Program-made: the position numbers and the translations under genes | Shown: piece after piece, positions 61,225-64,000 of the stretch | How the letters are laid out: every line of letters begins with the position of its first letter | Numbering within the stretch: the first letter of the stretch is position 1 | Notes under the pieces: model-generated | Told to the model about the DNA's origin: nothing | The model's database searches: none | What the model saw: only the letters and a program-made list of their open reading frames with translations | Assembly: GCA_963815195.1 (NCBI GenBank) | Contig: CAWFGE010000015.1 | Coordinates: forward strand, 640,001-704,000 | Direction: 5' to 3' | Length of the DNA: 64,000 bases | DNA from: an uncultured Planctomycetaceae bacterium | GTDB lineage: Bacteria; Planctomycetota; Planctomycetia; Planctomycetales; Planctomycetaceae

Positions 61225-61246
61225 ACCAATGCGATGTCGTTTGCGG

Positions 61247-62218
61247 CTATTCTGTTTGTTCGCAAACTTCAAATGGTTTCGTGCAGGTTCCGTCCGGCAA
61301 ATTGACGGGGCCGCGGATGGCGGCGTGCGGGCCGATCTGGCAGTTTTTGCCGATCACGGCGGGGCCTTCGATGGTCGTGAACGGGTGAATGACCGTATCG
61401 GGGCCGATCTCGGCGCGGGGATCGATCGCGGTTTGTTCCGGAGCGACCACGGTTACGCCCGCCAGCATCAGGTCCTCCAGCGTCCGGTCCTGAATCGCCC
61501 GGCGGACGGCCGCCAATTGCACGCGCGTGTTGACGCCCATCGCTTCCAGGATGTCGAACTTGGGGCAGGCGAGCACGGGCCGGGCGTCGGCTTTGAGAAT
61601 CGCCGGGCAGTCGGTGAGGTAGTATTCTTTTTGCGTGTTGTTGGTATCGAGCCGGGTCAGCGCCGATAACAGGGCCTGGCCGTCGAACGCATAACAGCCG
61701 GTGTTGATTTCCTGGATCGCTTGCTGCTCGGGGGTGGCGTCTTTTTGCTCGACGATGCCCACGAACTCGCCCCGGGCATCGCGGACGATCCGGCCCAGGC
61801 CTTGATTGGCTTCGGTGACGGCGGTGCCGATCACGCAGCCCGCCTGGTGCGAAGATTGCTCCTCAATCAGGCCGCGGAGCGATTCCGCTTTGAGCAGCGG
61901 CGTATCTCCGGCCAGGATCAGGACCGCTCCCTCGTGGCCGGCCAACTGGTCGCGGCACATCATCACCGCATGACCGGTGCCGAGCTGTTCGGACTGGAGG
62001 GCAAATTCCACGTCGGAATGCCGGCGGAGCTCGGCTTTCACGCGGTCCGCTTCGTGGCCCACGACGACCACCATCCGCCCCACGCCGGCTTTGCGGGCGG
62101 CATCCAGAACATAATCGATCATTGGCCGGCCGAAGACTTCGTGGATGACCTTCGGCGTGTCCGACTTCATCCGCGTGCTTTTCCCCGCCGCCAAAATCAC
62201 CGCCATCGGCTGATTCAT
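61247..62218 (-). CDS. glmU: short GlmU-like UDP-GlcNAc pyrophosphorylase
   Basis: ILAAGKSTRMKS, QLGTGHAV, AGDTPL, EINTGCY, EYYLTD, GVNTR; only a few hexapeptide repeats. Confidence 0.85.
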   Translation of the reverse strand: MNQPMAVILAAGKSTRMKSDTPKVIHEVFGRPMIDYVLDAARKAGVGRMVVVVGHEADRVKAELRRHSDVEFALQSEQLGTGHAVMMCRDQLAGHEGAVLILAGDTPLLKAESLRGLIEEQSSHQAGCVIGTAVTEANQGLGRIVRDARGEFVGIVEQKDATPEQQAIQEINTGCYAFDGQALLSALTRLDTNNTQKEYYLTDCPAILKADARPVLACPKFDILEAMGVNTRVQLAAVRRAIQDRTLEDLMLAGVTVVAPEQTAIDPRAEIGPDTVIHPFTTIEGPAVIGKNCQIGPHAAIRGPVNLPDGTCTKPFEVCEQTE

Positions 62219-62528
62219 CCCAGCCTCCTTGAATCAAATCGTTGTTTCGCCGCGCGCCGCTCCCAAAAATGGAGCGCGTGCCGGCATCTTCGTGGGGACC
62301 GGAATGATCGTCAAGTCGAGCGGGAACCCGCACAAGGCCCTTTCTGGGCATGCTGCGCCCAAATCTTTTCCTTGAAACAGGTTCCGGCAAGCGGCCCTTC
62401 ATGTTTCCTCGGAAATTTACAAAACTCATGCGATCTGCCGCGGGCGAATGTGACGACAATGAGAACAGGGCGTCAAAACGCGATCCCGAGACGTTTCGGT
62501 GCGCTTTCAAGGAAGGGGGCAGATCATC

Positions 62529-63530
62529 GTGAATCGCAGGATGGGGAGATGGGCGCTGACGATGCTGCTGCTCGCGGGCGGTTTGGGAAAAGGGCTTCCC
62601 GAAGCAGCCGCCGACGTTTCCTGCGCTGGGGCTCCCGTCGCGCTGACTCCCGAACATTTCACCGAGCCGGTCTGCGTTTTCGTGCGGAGCCGCGGATGCC
62701 CGCAATCGCACGGACTGAACGTGCCGGTCTGCAATTTCGATTACGAATACTACGGTCCCGACAAAGGCTTTCACCCGGTTTCGGGCGAAGCCTTGTTCCA
62801 GGTCTTGCCGCCCGGCATTCCGGTCCTGATTTTGATCCACGGCAGTTTTGTGGATTACGAGGATGAGCCGGAATTGCTGTATTCTTTTGAATGGATTCGC
62901 TCCGGCGTGCCGCACCAGCCGCTGTTGGTGTTGTGCTACCGCTGGCCGAGCGATGTCAGTTGCTGCAAGGCGCTTTTGGGCACGTTCGCGGTCTGCCAGA
63001 TGGCCCAGCGGTCGGAGTTTCACGGGTTCTATCTTGTGCAGCTCATCAATCAAATCCCGGCGGAGAACCCGGTGCGGTTGATCGGACACAGCCACGGCTG
63101 CCGCATGATCTCCTCCGCGCTGCATCTCTTGTCCGGGGGCAAGGTCGACGGGCGACCGCTCCCGCCTTGCTCGCTGTCCAACCGGGCGTTCCGGGTCAGT
63201 TTTTTTTCCGCCGCTCTCGATCACGACTGGTTCAACCCCGGCCAAAAATACGACCAGGCGATCCATCGGATGTGCTGGCTGCAAAACTTCAAACACACGC
63301 TGGATTGGGCCTTGTTGACCTATCCCGGGCGGTATCCGGGCAGCAGCCGGGCGCTCGGGCAAACGGGGTTTACGCGAAAAGACCTGCGGCGTCTCGGTCC
63401 CGAGACTTGCAAAATTCAGGACATCAAAAACGGCCAGGGCATGCTCTTGTGGGGGCATGGCATGAAGTCCCATCTGACGGACGACATCAAGCCCCTCGTC
63501 CTCAGCAACATGCTCAGTCCATGCGACTAA
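62529..63530 (+). CDS. secreted alpha/beta hydrolase (DUF900-like)
   Basis: LILIHGS, YRWPS, LIGHSHG nucleophile elbow, SAAL. Confidence 0.75.
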   Translation: MNRRMGRWALTMLLLAGGLGKGLPEAAADVSCAGAPVALTPEHFTEPVCVFVRSRGCPQSHGLNVPVCNFDYEYYGPDKGFHPVSGEALFQVLPPGIPVLILIHGSFVDYEDEPELLYSFEWIRSGVPHQPLLVLCYRWPSDVSCCKALLGTFAVCQMAQRSEFHGFYLVQLINQIPAENPVRLIGHSHGCRMISSALHLLSGGKVDGRPLPPCSLSNRAFRVSFFSAALDHDWFNPGQKYDQAIHRMCWLQNFKHTLDWALLTYPGRYPGSSRALGQTGFTRKDLRRLGPETCKIQDIKNGQGMLLWGHGMKSHLTDDIKPLVLSNMLSPCD

Positions 63531-64000
63531 TCCCCGCAGAGTCGCCCGATGACCTCCAGCAAGACGGTCGCGGGGGTGAGTTTGGAGAGCACGACCGCGC
63601 GCCCCGATTTTCCCAGCCGCTCGTGATCTTCGGGATAAACGATCCCCAAAACGATCACGAACCGGGCTTCGGGATGCCGCTGCCGGAGGGACTCGAACTG
63701 GTGTTCCCGCTCCGGGGTGAAGGGGTCCAAATCCACGATCCCCACGTCGAAGTGTTGGGCCGCGTCCTCCAGGGGAACGTCAAAGTCCATCACCGAAAGC
63801 CCGGCCGATCGGCACAGGCCGGCGAGCCAGGCTTGAAACTCGCGGTCGGGGCTGTTGACGGCGATCAGGCGATTCGCGGAGGCCAATTGCGGAAACGGAG
63901 ACCTGTTCTCGAACTCCACGATCTCATCGCGGGCCGCCGTCAGCGCGAGGGCGGTGGTATCGCCCCGCACGACGTCCGCTTCGAGAATCAGCCGGTTTTC
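63527..64000 (-). CDS. C-terminal part of a protein with a receiver-like domain (runs off the window end)
   Basis: Frame open to base 64000; FDVGIVDLD...VVLSKL pattern resembles a CheY-like fold. Confidence 0.5.
   Translation of the reverse strand, partial: ENRLILEADVVRGDTTALALTAARDEIVEFENRSPFPQLASANRLIAVNSPDREFQAWLAGLCRSAGLSVMDFDVPLEDAAQHFDVGIVDLDPFTPEREHQFESLRQRHPEARFVIVLGIVYPEDHERLGKSGRAVVLSKLTPATVLLEVIGRLCGD

Noticed and set aside
1..64000. tRNA, rRNA, known riboswitches, intact IS or integrase, sigma-54 promoters
   Set aside because: No convincing motifs found by eye; a tRNAscan-SE/Infernal run is needed to exclude them formally

Overview
GC-rich bacterial DNA, almost certainly from a planctomycete (probably Planctomycetales). 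The lineage markers are a DUF1559 prepilin-like protein, two DUF1549/DUF1553-DUF1501-WD40 gene triplets, a TIGR02996 domain, LEPR-XLL-type extracellular proteins and a sulfatase. Housekeeping genes include rpmF, mreB-mreC-mreD-pbp2, ppa, rnhA, infA, folK, epmB, glmU, an S41 protease and an aldehyde dehydrogenase. About 11 genes are broken by small frameshifts (about 14 breaks), which most likely reflect long-read assembly errors. The most notable features are: (1) a divergent locus pairing a metzincin plus double GlcG/HbpS haem-binding-domain surface protein with a HEAT-repeat/beta-barrel protein and a His-rich barrel; (2) a secreted protein of about 11% Cys with six exact-period 30-aa repeats and HEAT repeats, next to the mre operon; (3) two paralogous secreted Tyr/Gly/Asn-rich proteins, one missing from the ORF track; (4) a 1.7-kb decayed Ser/Thr-kinase islet inserted into a hairpin with a 19-bp direct repeat; (5) a Fur-like box ahead of a DUF1559-lipoprotein-DUF4198/Kelch operon; (6) several REP-like palindrome families. 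I found no rRNA, tRNA, CRISPR array or intact transposase. All family calls come from motifs recognised by eye, not from database searches.
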